Of a DNA stretch of 38,312 nucleotides, positions 36,901 to 38,312 are shown in pieces (the stretch's first letter is position 1; every line of letters begins with the position of its first letter). The notes beneath the pieces were generated by a model. That model made no database searches and had not been told where the DNA came from. It saw only the letters and a list, made by a program, of their open reading frames with translations. This DNA is from Puia dinghuensis. GTDB taxonomy: Bacteria > Bacteroidota > Bacteroidia > Chitinophagales > Chitinophagaceae. The stretch covers positions 1 through 38,312 of the forward strand of contig JAMFRX010000349.1 of assembly GCA_026224995.1 (NCBI GenBank). Direction: 5' to 3'. Both the position numbers and the translations under genes were made by a program.

Positions 36901-38312
36901 ACAGCCAACCAATACGTGCTATCGCGGTTGAGATGGCCGAGCAGGTAGGTCGTGTCGGTGGTGCTGCCGACTTTTACCATCGTGTCGCCTACGAGCTGCA
37001 TGATATCGTAGCTGGTTGTAGAGGGGAGGGTATTCCAGACAAGCTGGGCATAGCCCTGGCAGGGGCTTGAGGCGGCGATGATGGTCGGTTGGACCATCAC
37101 GACAAAGGGATATTTGCTGACACCCGAGGATGCCGTCCCGTTACGGGTCACGCGGATCAGGGCCTGGCTGGTGATCGTGTTAGGGGTGGTCCAGCTATAC
37201 AATCGGCTGACCGCGGGTACGGCGTTGTCGATGGTGGACCAGGTAGAGCCATTGTCAGCCGAAAATTCGAGCGTGAAGGTATTCGTGCTGTTGTCATAGG
37301 CATTCCAGCGGATGATCTCGGAATAGCCACACACCCAGGTGTCGTTTCCGTAAGGATATTCCACCACTATGGAAGGTTGGATGAACTGGTAGACGATCAC
37401 GTAGGTCTGCGGCCCTTCCGGAACGCTGGTGCCTTTGATGCCCAGGTGATAGGTTCCGCCGGCAGGATTGTTGAGGACTACCTGCTCGATATTATTGACA
37501 TTGTCGATGCCTTCCACGGCATTGTCGTTGACATGGGCGGGGCTGGAGTTCAGGACTAAAGGATGGTGTACTGTCGAGCTGGGGTCCTTTACCGTGAGGT
37601 CCAGATTATTGACGAGGGCAGTGGCGGAAAAGGGCGGCGCGGGATAATCGTTCCAATAGATCATGATGCGCGCCTGTGCCAGCCCCGCCGGGACCGGCAG
37701 GCTGAAGTTTTGGGTCTGACCGTTGCTCACGGATGAGAACCCATACTGGCTGGCTTCCATGGACGCTTCGGCAGCCCGGCCGTTGAGGGAGCCAAAGCCG
37801 TAGATGAAGTCCGGGCCCGGATTGCCCAGGTCATTGGCCGTGTTACAGGCCAGCGCTTTCAGCAGGATGGCGGGCGGATCGCTGCCACCGTTGAGCTGCC
37901 GGTAGCGCTGAACCAGCAAGCCCAGTGTGCCCGCAACCGCGGGACAGGACATGCTGGTGCCAAATTCTTTGATGTAGGAGTTATAAGGCGCAGTCGACCA
38001 GACCCCCGTTCCGCCGGCGACGATCTCCGGCTTTATCCGGCCGTCGAGCGTTGGGCCGGCGCTGGAGGCGCTATTGATGAGGTAGGTATTGGTGGCTGCC
38101 CCATTGGTGTTGTCCACGTTGCCTACCGAAAGCGCGTTCTTTGCGCTCTGAAAACCCGATTTTACCGTGGCGAACATGTTCGGATAAGGAGTGCAGGTAT
38201 TGCCGCCATCATTGCCGGAGGCAAAGACATGCAGCAGGTAGGGATAGCTGTACAGCTGGGCGTCCGTACTGTACGCCAGGACATCGTACTCACCATCGTA
38301 CTCGCAGCCACC
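33957..38312 (-). CDS. Large T9SS-secreted subtilisin-like (S8) serine protease, 5'-truncated
   Basis: Frame open to the window edge (HVFASGNDG oxyanion motif upstream of ATG 38177); DGRIKPEI, GTSMS catalytic Ser; Ig/Fn3-like and jelly-roll repeats; C-terminal IWPNP...GIYFL...KILIK T9SS type A signal. Confidence 0.92.
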   Translation of the reverse strand, partial: GGCEYDGEYDVLAYSTDAQLYSYPYLLHVFASGNDGGNTCTPYPNMFATVKSGFQSAKNALSVGNVDNTNGAATNTYLINSASSAGPTLDGRIKPEIVAGGTGVWSTAPYNSYIKEFGTSMSCPAVAGTLGLLVQRYRQLNGGSDPPAILLKALACNTANDLGNPGPDFIYGFGSLNGRAAEASMEASQYGFSSVSNGQTQNFSLPVPAGLAQARIMIYWNDYPAPPFSATALVNNLDLTVKDPSSTVHHPLVLNSSPAHVNDNAVEGIDNVNNIEQVVLNNPAGGTYHLGIKGTSVPEGPQTYVIVYQFIQPSIVVEYPYGNDTWVCGYSEIIRWNAYDNSTNTFTLEFSADNGSTWSTIDNAVPAVSRLYSWTTPNTITSQALIRVTRNGTASSGVSKYPFVVMVQPTIIAASSPCQGYAQLVWNTLPSTTSYDIMQLVGDTMVKVGSTTDTTYLLGHLNRDSTYWLAVTAVNGTTRGRRSVAVTLTPTGGACTLSSLDNDYTLDSIVGLIPAGRLNTSTQLTASTPIQVEIKNLGTVPTGSPFMLSYSINGGSPVTETTSTLVPPNGGAANYTFATPADFSAQGTYTLQIWVSYPTDPQLGNDTITTVVKQLSNDPITLSPSYTEGFESATSAAYTSSTMGFTGLDRADFYPSNTNGRARTFVNTGMCRTGDRCAILDQAHYAGVTTGDSLLTTFNLSNYGPTDQIWLDFWYRNQGNDSTRGANKVWIRGNDQASWIQVYILDTAQANIGIYQPSAHIDVTGSLKDAVPAQTVSSSFQIKFGEEGYTSANDVITDGSVDDGYIFDDITLNRSTNDIGLVTLVSPASGNNCSLSSATPISVLVKNYSSSTATNIPITYVINGNTVSETIPTLNGNDSLIYTFSTPADMSAYQTYTVSAWVHYTGDTYSYNDTIATTLRTSPLISTFPYLEGFESSDGNWFTGGINSSWQWGAPQKTIIDKAANGANCWVTSLTGDYNNNEQSYLYSPCFNLSSLASPVLSFSHIFQTEDDCDCDYHWAEYSTDDTTWIKLGSVGNGTSWYDNATRQAWQLSYAKWHVSSYDIPVNPPKIRFRIVMNSDPATTYEGVGIDDIHVFDKASVYHGADDSLAQPVSGSNWINFDLGGQRIAAINPNGQDLGLTNVKVFFNNTGAVRYDKTQYYLDRNIVIQPANQPTGNVSVRYYFLDSEADSLIDATGCATCTTIADAYQSGVTQYSSPAAGEEDSTLVNDSIGKFQWHAPHTDVSIIPNDNGYYAEYQVGGFSEFWINAISPTDSSYIPTMGLTFTAVNSSGNGLLQWTTTETYGMSRYIIEKSLDSIHFSALDSISALNGSGINSYQYTDTHLDTGMNYYRLREVPVNGSYAYSPIRSVKGSGSGGIGIWPNPVHHSIIYISSPVNTRRLRLIDVSGKTILQEEVRGFLNMLPVANIAPGIYFLSVDTDTGNTVQKILIK

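Noticed and set aside
1-38312. tRNA, rRNA, IS/transposase, integrase or known riboswitch
   Set aside because: None recognised by eye and intergenic gaps are short. A covariance-model search (Infernal/Rfam, tRNAscan) would be needed to exclude them formally.

Overview
Chromosomal window from a GC-rich Bacteroidota bacterium, most likely Chitinophagaceae-like. This rests on TAnnTTTG-type -7 promoter boxes, a T9SS C-terminal sorting domain and the parA-parB-DUF5683-dapB gene order. The left and middle parts hold mixed housekeeping and accessory genes: TIM-barrel sugar isomerase, GH3 glycosidase, DoxX opposite a LytS/LytTR pair, thiolase, an XRE regulator divergent from an MNT-HEPN fusion, Rrf2 regulator, parAB, two OMP beta-barrels, lon, bioB, M42 peptidase and a LuxE-like protein. 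The right part is a minus-strand assimilatory sulfate reduction cluster (cysH-cysD-cysN-cobA-cysJ-cysI-porin-[CysG(B)::TauE fusion]), preceded by a truncated T9SS-secreted S8 protease. The most notable signal is missing from the ORF track: a 24-aa leader ORF (33883-33809, MTTAFSCIRYFSSASNSKCCCCCC*) between a promoter and cysH, followed by a C-rich spacer. It is a candidate cysteine-sensing ribosome-mediated attenuator. A 19-bp palindromic operator (GTCTAC-N7-GTAGAC type) also recurs three times in the cluster and is plausibly bound by the Rrf2 protein encoded at 9313-9723. No rRNA, tRNA, CRISPR array or transposase was recognised. All calls come from reading motifs by eye; no database search was run.
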